This document shows, piece by piece, positions 47,984 to 56,823 of a stretch of DNA of 64,000 bases; the stretch's first letter is position 1; every line of letters begins with the position of its first letter. The stretch is from Oligoflexales bacterium (GTDB lineage Bacteria; Bdellovibrionota_B; Oligoflexia; Oligoflexales; RGVZ01): positions 78,324 through 142,323 of the forward strand of contig CANJZQ010000001.1 of assembly GCA_947479535.1 (NCBI GenBank), read 5' to 3'. A program made the translations under genes and the position numbers. Under the pieces are notes generated by a model, which was not told the DNA's origin, searched no databases, and saw only the letters and a program-made list of their open reading frames with translations.

Positions 47984-49034
47984 CCACTCAGATACAGATG
48001 TCCACCTCTCTGGTTTTGAATCCCGTGTTTTCGGATCCTTTGACTTCAGATCGTTTCCAATGGGTCCGTCCCTGCGCCAGTATCTTGGAATCAAATCTGA
48101 ATACCGTGGTGATCTGGTCGCCAAGGTTAATGATGAAGCGGCGGTTCGTTTTGCCCAGGCGTTGATCGAATATGCCGCGGATCATCCGGTCACGGATGGC
48201 GCCGCACTGGTAAACCTTCTCGAAGAGCTAGTGACAATGGACATGCCCGGGGCCGCTTTGGCTCTGCACGAGGCACATCCTGATATTTTTCCGGTGAACG
48301 ATTTTCGTGCGCAGTTTCACCTGGGTAATGCGGCCATGCTGGCAGGGAGCTTGGTCATTGCGGAGCATGCTTTCACTGAAGCCCAGAAGTTGGTGCCCGC
48401 CGAAACAGCTCCTTACGTGAATATGGCCCAGATTTTGATTCACGATCAGCGGTTTGATGAAGCACAGCACTGGATCGAGGCAGGATTGGCAGTCGATGCC
48501 AATCACTGTGGTTTGTGGGAGATACTGGCTTGGGTATTTCAACAGCAGGAGATTCCGGATCACCCCAAGTCACTTGAAAAAATGGCTCGTGAACGAAATT
48601 CATGGGCGGGACTTTCGCTGGTCGCTGACCTCGTCGCTCCGGAGGAGCCAGAGCGGAAGCTCATGTTTTTGGAGGGCATATACAACGAGGGTGATCCATC
48701 CGAGGAATTTCTTGTTGAATACACCGCTGTTCTTGGCCAGTGCGGTTTGTATGACAGGATCGCGCCGGTGATTTGGCGGGCAAAAGCAGCCCTTGCCAGC
48801 AAGCCTTTTTCTTGGAAATTGCAGCTTCATCTTGTTCAATCCCAAATCGCTACCGAACAATTGGAGGAAGCGCGCGAGAGCGTGAATACCCTGCTCAACG
48901 CGAAAGGTGTTCCAGCCAGCGTGATCGATACGGTCGTCCCTGCGCTGCTGGCGGAAATAGAAGAATCCGCTTCGTTGTCCCTGAATCACTCAAAACCAGT
49001 AACAATGGTGGGAGCAAAAAATGAACTCAACTAA
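47976..49034 (+). CDS. Hypothetical protein with TPR-like repeats
   Basis: 352 aa. Helical repeats such as AEHAFTEAQKLVPAETAPYVNMAQILIHDQRFDEAQHWIEAGLAVDANH. It overlaps the aspS stop and the ridA start. Confidence 0.5.
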   Translation: MNNHSDTDVHLSGFESRVFGSFDFRSFPMGPSLRQYLGIKSEYRGDLVAKVNDEAAVRFAQALIEYAADHPVTDGAALVNLLEELVTMDMPGAALALHEAHPDIFPVNDFRAQFHLGNAAMLAGSLVIAEHAFTEAQKLVPAETAPYVNMAQILIHDQRFDEAQHWIEAGLAVDANHCGLWEILAWVFQQQEIPDHPKSLEKMARERNSWAGLSLVADLVAPEEPERKLMFLEGIYNEGDPSEEFLVEYTAVLGQCGLYDRIAPVIWRAKAALASKPFSWKLQLHLVQSQIATEQLEEARESVNTLLNAKGVPASVIDTVVPALLAEIEESASLSLNHSKPVTMVGAKNELN

Positions 49035-49416
49035 GAAAGCCATCCAAACGAACGCAGCCCCCGCTGCCATTGGTCCTTATTCCCAGGCCGTTCAGGCTGG
49101 CGGATTCCTGTTCGTTTCGGGTCAAATCCCCCTCGACCCTGCCAGCGGCCAGCTGGTTGGGCAAAATATTGAGGAACAAACGGTTCAGGTCCTCAAAAAT
49201 TTGAGGGCCATCGTGGAAGCAGCTGGTGCAAGCCTGTCTGAAGTTGTGAAAACGACTATTTTCCTGAAAAGCATGGATGATTTTGCGAAGGTCAATGAAA
49301 TCTACGGGACCTTTTTTGAAGCCCCATTTCCGGCTCGCGCAACCGTAGAGGTCAGCCGTCTGCCGAGAGACGTCAAGGTTGAGATTGAGGCGACTGTAAA
49401 CCTTGGGGCCCAATGA
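49021..49416 (+). CDS. ridA: RidA/YjgF-family reactive-intermediate deaminase
   Basis: 131 aa. APAAIGPYSQAVQAGGFLFVSGQIPLDP...ARATVEVSRLPRDVKVEIE. Confidence 0.9.
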   Translation: MNSTKKAIQTNAAPAAIGPYSQAVQAGGFLFVSGQIPLDPASGQLVGQNIEEQTVQVLKNLRAIVEAAGASLSEVVKTTIFLKSMDDFAKVNEIYGTFFEAPFPARATVEVSRLPRDVKVEIEATVNLGAQ

Positions 49417-49506
49417 TCCGAATTCGAAATTGGGGGTTGTTGTGGTCATCTTGACCATGGTAACCTCAAGGAAAGTCAATAGTTTTATATTGCGATCAGG
49501 GACCTG

Positions 49507-49998
49507 ATGATGGGTTTCGGTGCAAAAATCCTGGCCAGCTCACTGGCAACCAAGGCTCGCGCTGCAGCGATGTTCGCTGTGCCGGCGATGTTGGTCTATT
49601 TGGTAGCTTCACCAGAATTGCCAGCGGGATTCTCGCGGCAAGTTACCCGTACCCATGTAGAAATCGACGGCACAGACTTCGGTGCCTTTGACGGCGTGGT
49701 TGGCATTGATGAGGAATCGGGCACATCACTCAATTCCGGGCAGGTTCGCCGGGTTGTTCTTCAGCGCGATTTTGTGACAGATCCTTCCCTTTACCTCTGG
49801 GCAAAGAACACGATGAAGGAACGATCCGGTCTTAAGGACATCCATCTCGTGATGGAAAACCGCGACGGCGATGAAGTCTCTCGCTTTGTCCTCAGGTCCT
49901 GTCAGCCGGTTTCTTGGTCAGTTGAAGCTGCAGCCCTCTCCTCTGGAGGGTTCCACGAGCGTATCGAACTTGCCGTCCAGGGAGTTCAGGTTGACTAG
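49507..49998 (+). CDS. Membrane-anchored or exported protein with a phage tail-tube-like (gp19/TIGR02241-like) domain
   Basis: 163 aa. N-terminal hydrophobic segment KARAAAMFAVPAMLVYLVAS. This is followed by VEIDGTDFGAFDGVVGID...RRVVLQRDFVTDPSLYLWAKNT...KDIHLVMENRDGDEVSRFVLRSCQPVSWSV...HERIELAVQGVQV, which follows the 'conserved hypothetical phage tail region protein' pattern by eye. Confidence 0.45.
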   Translation: MMGFGAKILASSLATKARAAAMFAVPAMLVYLVASPELPAGFSRQVTRTHVEIDGTDFGAFDGVVGIDEESGTSLNSGQVRRVVLQRDFVTDPSLYLWAKNTMKERSGLKDIHLVMENRDGDEVSRFVLRSCQPVSWSVEAAALSSGGFHERIELAVQGVQVD

Positions 49999-51565
49999 GC
50001 CTCAGGTTCTCTTGTGCGCGACTTTGTTTGTGACATCCCTGACGACTGTTGGATGTCGCAGCACTTCAAAAAAAACATCTGAATTGACCTCTGGTGTGGC
50101 TATTGCGAAGGCTGGGCTTTCGTCCTCGCGTGAGACTTCTGTCCAGTGGTTCAAGCCCGAGCCAACCGTCGATGTCGTGGGCGACGCAACCAGCAAGAGG
50201 GAAGTTAGCCGGCTAATGGTCTCCAGTTGCCGCAACCCGGCCGGTGGTTCAGCGTCGTTTCTTTCGCGCTGGGAACTCGATCTGGACACGCCATTTGGAA
50301 CCCGCCCCGTTCGTTTCACGGTAAGTCGTTTTGGGGTCAAGGTTCTCGTGCGGGGTTTCATCGGCGAAGAATCAACGGAGTTTATCTCCTCAGTCGCGAT
50401 CCCGGATGAATGGATGTTGGCAGCATGTGCCAAGGCACTTTCGCCATCTGATGGTCCAATCGTGGCTTCAAAAGAAGTCGTTGAGGTTATCGGACAATGG
50501 CTGGCCGGGTTTGCACCAGATTGCAACGCGACCTTGCAGCCGGATTCAGCAGAAATCACCGGTTGGAGGTGTCAACCGACGACACCTGATATTTCCAGCA
50601 CCCTTTTCGGACTCGACAGGACGCGCCAGACCATGATTTCTGGTTGGACCCGTCAGCCCTACCTTTTGGCCCGACGCGTTGCGATTGGGATCAACCTTGC
50701 CGAGGCTGTTCGTGATTCACTGACTCAAGAGGATCCAAGGCCGGCGCTCAAGAATGCCTGCTCCGTGATTCGCCGTTCCCTGCGCGCTGAGTTGCCCCTC
50801 GTTTTGGACGATCCTCGGATCGTGGATACCTTCTGCGGCGGGATGGCCAAGCCGGAAGCAGCCAGGGCGATGGCAACTGCCGTCGCATCGAAAATCGCCG
50901 CAGAGGTGGAATCCCTGCGCTACATATTTGAAAATACAAGTAAAACTGGTGCGCTGACGGTCAAAATTCCACCGCCTGATTCTTCGGTTTCCACCTTCCT
51001 GGTGACTTTGAAACCCGAGGAAGATGTGGTCATCGGTCTGGCAAAATTCACCCAGGCCATGCTGATCCAGCGGCAGAACGCCCATTTCGGAGGGCTTCGC
51101 CTGCGGGCTTCAGCTGAAATGGAAGCCCGGCCTGGCTTGGCCAACGACGTTGCCCAAGACCCGGGTTCGGTTCTTGGATACGCTTGCTGGCAGCCCTTTT
51201 TCGATTCCAGCCACCAACGCCTGCTGATCGCCCAGGAACTTGGTCTTGTCGGCACCCCAAGCCAGCCCGCTTGCGTCGGGCGCGAAGGTCCGGGCAGCGG
51301 TGGTATCGAGGATGTGACCTGGACGCCCCAACGCTATGTTGCCGAGAGCATCACCAGCGATACCGAGTTTCTAGTGACCAACGGCGAAACAAAAATCCTG
51401 CGCCTTCCCGCTGGGACCTATTCCTATACGGTCCAAGTCCTGCAGCAGGTTCCTTCGTCGATCGAAGATTCTGCGATGCCGGCGGCCCCCATTGCCGCAG
51501 GTAAGATAGAATGGCTCTCCGCGAAGCCGCGCCCGGTGATCAAGGAAACGGCGACAGCCGACTGA
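49991..51565 (+). CDS. Hypothetical lipoprotein (524 aa)
   Basis: The TTG at 49991 overlaps the upstream gene by 8 nt. Signal plus lipobox LFVTSLTTVG|C. No family recognised. The track ORF (49871) has an N-terminal extension lying inside the upstream gene. Confidence 0.5.
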   Translation: MTRPQVLLCATLFVTSLTTVGCRSTSKKTSELTSGVAIAKAGLSSSRETSVQWFKPEPTVDVVGDATSKREVSRLMVSSCRNPAGGSASFLSRWELDLDTPFGTRPVRFTVSRFGVKVLVRGFIGEESTEFISSVAIPDEWMLAACAKALSPSDGPIVASKEVVEVIGQWLAGFAPDCNATLQPDSAEITGWRCQPTTPDISSTLFGLDRTRQTMISGWTRQPYLLARRVAIGINLAEAVRDSLTQEDPRPALKNACSVIRRSLRAELPLVLDDPRIVDTFCGGMAKPEAARAMATAVASKIAAEVESLRYIFENTSKTGALTVKIPPPDSSVSTFLVTLKPEEDVVIGLAKFTQAMLIQRQNAHFGGLRLRASAEMEARPGLANDVAQDPGSVLGYACWQPFFDSSHQRLLIAQELGLVGTPSQPACVGREGPGSGGIEDVTWTPQRYVAESITSDTEFLVTNGETKILRLPAGTYSYTVQVLQQVPSSIEDSAMPAAPIAAGKIEWLSAKPRPVIKETATAD

Positions 51566-51607
51566 TTTTGATCTATAGATCCCGTTATCAGAACGGGGTG
51601 TATAACA

Positions 51608-53173
51608 ATGCTCGATATCCTATCGAATGGTTTCAAGCAGGCACGGGACACGCTCAAGGGCGTCTCTACGCTGACGGAAGACAATCTCAACGGTGCCCTC
51701 AACGCAGTCCGGCAAAGTTTGCTCGATGCCGACGTTGAATACGGTGTCGCCAAGTCATTTTTGAAGCGCGTGCAAGATGGAGCCCTCGGACGCTCCGTTC
51801 AAGTTCGCGCCGGCAGTGGCGATTCACGGATGAAGGTCCGTCCTGGCGACCACTTTGTGGACATTTGCCGTCAGGAACTTGAAAGCCTGATGGGCCCAGT
51901 CGACATCAGCCTCAATCTGCCTTCCAACCGCCCGGCGACCGTGATGATGATCGGTTTGCAAGGCAGTGGCAAAACGACGACCACGGGAAAAATTGCGCGA
52001 TACCTGCAGAAGGCTGGACGCAAACCGATGCTCGTTGCGGCCGACATTTACCGCCCCGCCGCGATCGAACAATTGAAAGTCCTGGGCCAGCGCCTTGGCG
52101 CTCCTGTTTTTTCACTGCCGGGCGCCGAGCCCGTTGAAATCTGTCGCCAGGCTTTAGCCGCCGCCTCTGGCCTTGGGGCCGACGTCGTGATTTTCGACAC
52201 CGCCGGTCGTTTAACGATCGACGATGGCCTCATGACTGAGCTGGAAAACATCAAGCGCATGGCGCATCCCGACAACATCTTGCTCGTTTGCGATGCAATG
52301 ATGGGTCAGGACGCAGTAACCACGGCAAAGGCTTTCGATAGCCGCATTGGCGTCGACGGTGTGGTCATCACTAAATTGGACGGCGATGCCCGCGGTGGTG
52401 CAGCGCTAAGCATCAAAGAAGTTACAGGCAAGCCAATTAAATTCCTCGGTATGGGCGAAGATCTCGATCGCCTCGAGGAATTTCGTCCGGAGGGTCTGGC
52501 CAGCCGGATCCTTGGCATGGGCGATATTGTCGGTTTGATGAAGGATTTCGATCGTGTGTCGGATGGCGACCGCGAAGCCGAAGCCATGAAGATGCTCAAA
52601 GGGCAATTCAACTTCCGGGATTTCTACGATCAGCTTTCCAGCATCCAGAAAATGGGATCGTTGAAGGAGGTCATGGCCAAACTGCCGATGCAAGGCATGA
52701 TCCCGAAGGACGTCAATCTTGATGATCGTGAACTGACCAAGGTCAAAGCGATGATCGACTCCATGACGGAAAAAGAGCGAATCGATCCAAATTGTTTGAA
52801 CGATAGCCGGATCAAGCGTGTCGCCCGTGGTTCTGGGCGTCAGCCGAAAGAGGTTTCGGACCTGATCAAACGCTTCAAGCAGATGCGGCAGATGATGGGA
52901 ATGTTTGGCCAAGGCATGGGACTTCTTGGGAAAATCCCGGGTGGCAAGGCCCTGGGGCAGCTCAACCAATTGCGAAACATGGCCAAACAGGCCGGGTTGG
53001 GCGGCGGCATTCCAGGTTTTGGTGGCGGCATGCCAGATTTCGGTGCTATGGGCGGGCTCTTTGGTGGGGGGGGCGCTGAAGCCGAAGCCAAGGCAGCGCG
53101 ACCGGTTGACCGGGACAAGCTCCGCAAGATGCGCAAGGCCGCAAAAACGGCGAGAAAGAAAAATCGCAAATGA
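51608..53173 (+). CDS. ffh: Signal recognition particle protein Ffh, with a Gly-rich then Lys/Arg-rich C-terminal tail
   Basis: 521 aa. GLQGSGKTTTTGKIA, DTAGRL and TKLDGDARGGAALS motifs, plus a Met-rich M domain. The tail reads GLGGGIPGFGGGMPDFGAMGGLFGGGG...KLRKMRKAAKTARKKNRK. Confidence 0.95.
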   Translation: MLDILSNGFKQARDTLKGVSTLTEDNLNGALNAVRQSLLDADVEYGVAKSFLKRVQDGALGRSVQVRAGSGDSRMKVRPGDHFVDICRQELESLMGPVDISLNLPSNRPATVMMIGLQGSGKTTTTGKIARYLQKAGRKPMLVAADIYRPAAIEQLKVLGQRLGAPVFSLPGAEPVEICRQALAAASGLGADVVIFDTAGRLTIDDGLMTELENIKRMAHPDNILLVCDAMMGQDAVTTAKAFDSRIGVDGVVITKLDGDARGGAALSIKEVTGKPIKFLGMGEDLDRLEEFRPEGLASRILGMGDIVGLMKDFDRVSDGDREAEAMKMLKGQFNFRDFYDQLSSIQKMGSLKEVMAKLPMQGMIPKDVNLDDRELTKVKAMIDSMTEKERIDPNCLNDSRIKRVARGSGRQPKEVSDLIKRFKQMRQMMGMFGQGMGLLGKIPGGKALGQLNQLRNMAKQAGLGGGIPGFGGGMPDFGAMGGLFGGGGAEAEAKAARPVDRDKLRKMRKAAKTARKKNRK

Positions 53174-54591
53174 AAAAAGTTCACGTCGAGACTTGGGGAT
53201 GCCAAATGAACGTGGCGGACAGCGAAAAGATGCTGAGCCTGCTTCATGGTATGGACTACGCCTTGACGGAGAATGAATCAGAAGCCGACCTGTTTTTGCT
53301 CAACACCTGCCACATCCGCGAAAAAGCGAAACATAAAGTGTTGAGCCGTCTGGGAGTCCTGCGTGACCTCAAGGAAAAGCGCCCGGGTGTCCAGATTGCG
53401 GTGGCAGGCTGCGTCGCCCAGGCGGAGGGTGCAAAGCTTCTGAAAGCTGCTCCTCAGATCGATATTCTTCTGGGGCCAGGAAAAATAGAGGAACTTCCGG
53501 ATCTTCTTTCGCGGTCGACCAGCAACGGAACTGCTGCGATGGCGCTGGGCTTCAATAAACCTGGCGAGGAAAAAAAACGTGGCCATGGCCCAGATGTTGT
53601 TCCGCCGACTTTAACCGGCAAGAACGAAGTCACCCGATTTGTGAACATCACGCAAGGGTGCAACAACTTCTGTACCTTCTGCATCGTTCCTTTCACCCGT
53701 GGCCGTGAAATTTCGCGCAAGCCAGCCGAGATTCTTGATGAATGCCGTTTGTTGCTCGCAAACGGCGCCAGTGAAATCATGCTTCTCGGACAAAACGTCA
53801 ACTCTTATGGTTTGGACCTTCTTGATTCCAGGAAACTTTCTGCTGGTGAAGACGGCCCATTCGTAGAACTTTTGCGTCAGGTGGTTACCTTGCCCGGACT
53901 GAAGCGCTTGCGCTTCACGACCAGCAACCCGCACGATTTCACCCAGCCGCTGGCCCAGTTGTTTGCTGATGATTCCCGCATGGGCAAATACATGCACCTG
54001 CCCGTCCAGAGTGGCAATGACCATGTTTTAGAGGTCATGCGTCGCAAAGTTACCGTTGCGGAATACCGCGAACGGATCCGGTGGTTGCGTGATGCCGTTC
54101 CCGACATGGCAATCTCGACTGATCTGATTGTGGGTTTTCCTGGTGAAACGGAGGCAGAGTTTGAAGACACGCTGAAGCTGGTGGAAGAGGTTCAGTATAG
54201 CTTCATCTTTGCCTTTAAATATTCTCCGAGAAAAGGCACGGCGGCAGCCAGGATGCCTGGCCAGATTTCAGAAGCCGTCATGGACGAGAGGCTTGCGCGC
54301 CTCAATGCGTTGCAGGATTCAATCACCATGCGCCAGGCCGAGGCCGATTGCGGAACCATTCAGAACGTACTGTTTCTTTATCGCAGCAAAAAAAATCCGG
54401 GCGTATTTTACGGCCGGACGGAGCATTTCAGGTTGGTTAAAGTCGAGTCAGCCGGGTATCTGGTCGGGGATTGTCGCCCCGTCCTCATTACCGGAGGCAA
54501 CAAAACTGCCCTCATTGGAATCGTTGTTGGTGATCCAGAACATCAGGGTTCCGCCCACGAACATGAGTCCGGAAATTCCGTACAGTATTAA
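53170..54591 (+). CDS. miaB: tRNA-2-methylthio-N6-dimethylallyladenosine synthase
   Basis: 473 aa. N-terminal TWGCQMNVADSE, radical-SAM CNNFCTFCIVP and a C-terminal TRAM domain. The ATGA start overlaps the ffh stop. Confidence 0.92.
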   Translation: MKKVHVETWGCQMNVADSEKMLSLLHGMDYALTENESEADLFLLNTCHIREKAKHKVLSRLGVLRDLKEKRPGVQIAVAGCVAQAEGAKLLKAAPQIDILLGPGKIEELPDLLSRSTSNGTAAMALGFNKPGEEKKRGHGPDVVPPTLTGKNEVTRFVNITQGCNNFCTFCIVPFTRGREISRKPAEILDECRLLLANGASEIMLLGQNVNSYGLDLLDSRKLSAGEDGPFVELLRQVVTLPGLKRLRFTTSNPHDFTQPLAQLFADDSRMGKYMHLPVQSGNDHVLEVMRRKVTVAEYRERIRWLRDAVPDMAISTDLIVGFPGETEAEFEDTLKLVEEVQYSFIFAFKYSPRKGTAAARMPGQISEAVMDERLARLNALQDSITMRQAEADCGTIQNVLFLYRSKKNPGVFYGRTEHFRLVKVESAGYLVGDCRPVLITGGNKTALIGIVVGDPEHQGSAHEHESGNSVQY

Positions 54592-54623
54592 CATCAACAC
54601 CATCTGTTTATCGTTCATTTCGA

Positions 54624-55763
54624 TCACCTGAAAAAGGCGTAAAAATCGACCGGGATTTCCTTCTGCTGAGGATCCGTGGTCTCGATAAATAGCCTGCCGT
54701 GAACGCTGCCAGCCTTTTCGGTCTTGTTTACCAAGTCGATCGCGATCAACTTTTTCAATTTGTCTGTGCTGACGGGGTTCACCTTCAACAGCGTCGACGT
54801 GTCTTTGATCTTCGAGCCATTCAGGTTCAGGTCCATCCTGACATTCTTGACTTCGAAATCCTGCAGTCCAGTCACTGTGACCGAGCGACTGCTTTTGTCG
54901 GTCGGGGAAATGGCACCGAACTCTAGGTATCGTGGTTCGATCTCGATATTGCCGCGAATCGTTGCCCGGACTGGTATCCGTAATTCGGGTAACGATTTTG
55001 AGTTATTCTTTACGTAGATGGTTTCCTTCATGAAGCCCGGCGCAATATTTTTTTTGAGTTCAATATTCAGGACATAATTTCCGTCTTTGGTGCTCGAAGA
55101 AACCTGCAAGACTTCAGCGTTGAATCTGATTTTTTCAATATTAACTTTGTAACCCGCTTGCGGCTTGATCACGACCTGCTGGGCACCGCCATTTTGCGTC
55201 AAGGTCTGACCGAAGTCTGCCAGCGGAGGAGTGACCTCGAATTCACTCACGACCGTCGCGCGGATGGATAACGTCCTGTCTGGTACGTGGCGTTCGTTGG
55301 TCATCACGGTCACCGTTTTGACCACACTTCCCGTGAAGTCCGTCGTGTCAAAAGTGATGTCAATCGCACCGGATTCCTGGGGAGAGTATTCCTTGTCGGT
55401 CTTCACCTCGGCAGCCGTACAGCCGCACGAAGCGTGAACGCCGTGAACTTTCAGTGGACCTTTGCCTATGTTCTTGAATGTGAACCTGTGGCCGAGCTTT
55501 TCGCCCCGCTTGACGCGTCCAAAGTCGAACGAGTTTTCGTCAAAACGAATTTGACCAAGATGCACCTGCCGGGCAACTCGGAGCACGGAGTCCTTTTCGC
55601 TTTCGGCGCGCTCTTCTTCGGTGGTTTCGGTGCCAGCGTCCTCTTCGTCCATTTCTGTTGCCGTATCGCTCGGCTGTTTCGGCATGGCGTTGGCGGTCAG
55701 ACCATGCAGGGGCAGGGTCGCCGAGAAAAACGCCAGAGCTGCGAACAAGGTCTGGTTGCGCAT
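54624..55763 (-). CDS. DUF1573 domain-containing secreted protein (Ig-like/ASH repeats)
   Basis: Signal peptide MRNQTLFAALAFFSATLPLHGLTANA. Acidic linker. DUF1573 signature FTFKNIGKGPLKVHGVHASCGCTAAEV. An alternative start lies at 55808, and the track ORF extends to 56093. Confidence 0.7.
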   Translation of the reverse strand: MRNQTLFAALAFFSATLPLHGLTANAMPKQPSDTATEMDEEDAGTETTEEERAESEKDSVLRVARQVHLGQIRFDENSFDFGRVKRGEKLGHRFTFKNIGKGPLKVHGVHASCGCTAAEVKTDKEYSPQESGAIDITFDTTDFTGSVVKTVTVMTNERHVPDRTLSIRATVVSEFEVTPPLADFGQTLTQNGGAQQVVIKPQAGYKVNIEKIRFNAEVLQVSSSTKDGNYVLNIELKKNIAPGFMKETIYVKNNSKSLPELRIPVRATIRGNIEIEPRYLEFGAISPTDKSSRSVTVTGLQDFEVKNVRMDLNLNGSKIKDTSTLLKVNPVSTDKLKKLIAIDLVNKTEKAGSVHGRLFIETTDPQQKEIPVDFYAFFR

Positions 55764-55988
55764 GGACTTCCTCACCGTTGCGTTTTGAATTGCCAAGAAT
55801 TCCGTCATCTTATACCGGCCCGTGCCGACGCCGGAAGGGAAATTTCGAGGGAATTTGGGGGGACCTTCGGACCCTTGGTTGGAACCCGCTGATTTACCGG
55901 CAAAATTTGCCCACTTCAGTGGGGATTGAATTTGCCGATTCATCATCCAGGGGGGTGGATCAAAGTGCCAACATTTCTTAAATCGGCG

Positions 55989-56345
55989 ATGGATTTCGTG
56001 ATGGCCTTTGACCTTGGTCTGGCCGTTGCCGTTGGGGTTGGCTTTTTGGGGTTGTTGATTGCCCTGTGGATGCCAATGACGGGCAGCGATCAAAGCGATT
56101 CTTATGGAGGTTGGAATTACGCCTTGGTGATGATCCTCGTTGGCGTCATTGGCGTGATCGCAGTGCCGATGATTTGGCAGAGTAAACAGGGGTTATTTTA
56201 TTCGTTCTGTTTTTGCGGACTCACCGGTGCCATGGCCACTCTCCGTTGGCACATGAAGGGCCAACTTCAGCAGGTTCTTGTCCATTCCAAATCTGACTCA
56301 GGTTCCAAAAAGGAGGTATCGTCTGATGGCCGCAAAAAAACCTGA
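55989..56345 (+). CDS. Small hypothetical membrane protein (about 3 TM)
   Basis: MDFVMAFDLGLAVAVGVGFLGLLIALW...ALVMILVGVIGVIAVPMIW...FCFCGLTGAMA. The start is uncertain; the track ORF starts at 55926. Confidence 0.4.
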   Translation: MDFVMAFDLGLAVAVGVGFLGLLIALWMPMTGSDQSDSYGGWNYALVMILVGVIGVIAVPMIWQSKQGLFYSFCFCGLTGAMATLRWHMKGQLQQVLVHSKSDSGSKKEVSSDGRKKT

Positions 56346-56625
56346 AGGCAGCAAAAAAGAGATCGATCCGAAGCTGCGTTACGCCCATATGGTGGTTTAC
56401 TTGGCCAGAAGGGCCTCATTGATGAGTTGGTGCATTGGAGCCGGCGTGTTGCTCGCGGTCGTCCTTTTTCCCGTAACGGCTGGCTTGATAAATAATTGGC
56501 TTGCGATACTGCCTGTCGTCGCTGTTGTTGCCCTTGCAACGTTAATGATTCCCCCGACCGAGGAGTGGGAGTACAGTCCTTGGCAAGCGGAGCCAGAACG
56601 TTATGAGCACTACACGCGTGACTGA
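56326..56625 (+). CDS. Small hypothetical membrane protein (2 TM)
   Basis: The ATG at 56326 is preceded by a strong AAGGAGG RBS. 99 aa with two hydrophobic helices. It overlaps both neighbouring genes. Confidence 0.5.
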   Translation: MAAKKPEGSKKEIDPKLRYAHMVVYLARRASLMSWCIGAGVLLAVVLFPVTAGLINNWLAILPVVAVVALATLMIPPTEEWEYSPWQAEPERYEHYTRD

Positions 56626-56773
56626 AATCCCCGTGCGATCCAAACCGGAGCCCGAGCGGGACTATTATACGGATCCCGAAACGGGATTCATGGTCTTTAC
56701 AGCACATTATCTTGCTGCCCGCGGCTTTTGCTGTGACAGTGGTTGCCGTCATTGTCCGTACGAGCGATCATAG
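56603..56773 (+). CDS. DUF5522-type small Cys-rich protein (56 aa), not in the supplied ORF track
   Basis: Hand translation gives MSTTRVTEIPVRSKPEPERDYYTDPETGFMVFTAHYLAARGFCCDSGCRHCPYERS*. The YY.D..G..VFT..Y...RG.CC..GCRHCPY pattern is the DUF5522 signature as I recall it. Confidence 0.6.
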   Translation: MSTTRVTEIPVRSKPEPERDYYTDPETGFMVFTAHYLAARGFCCDSGCRHCPYERS

Positions 56774-56823
56774 CCAGCAAGTTAAAGCCAAGATGTCAAA
56801 ATCTCTTTTATATTCGCGGTAAA

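Noticed and set aside
51579-51596. A small hairpin (CCCGTT-ATCAG-AACGGG) just upstream of the ffh start, as a terminator or riboregulator.
   Set aside because: It has only a 6-bp stem, no U-tract, and no recognisable riboswitch features. It is probably incidental.
54448-54618. A 56-aa minus-strand ORF (MNDKQMVLMLILYGISGLMFVGGTLMFW...) with an AGGTGA RBS, starting 6 nt after the DUF1573 gene stop.
   Set aside because: It overlaps 144 nt of the miaB 3' end, including the conserved TRAM domain, in antisense. A real gene there is unlikely without conservation evidence. It would be worth a tblastn check only.
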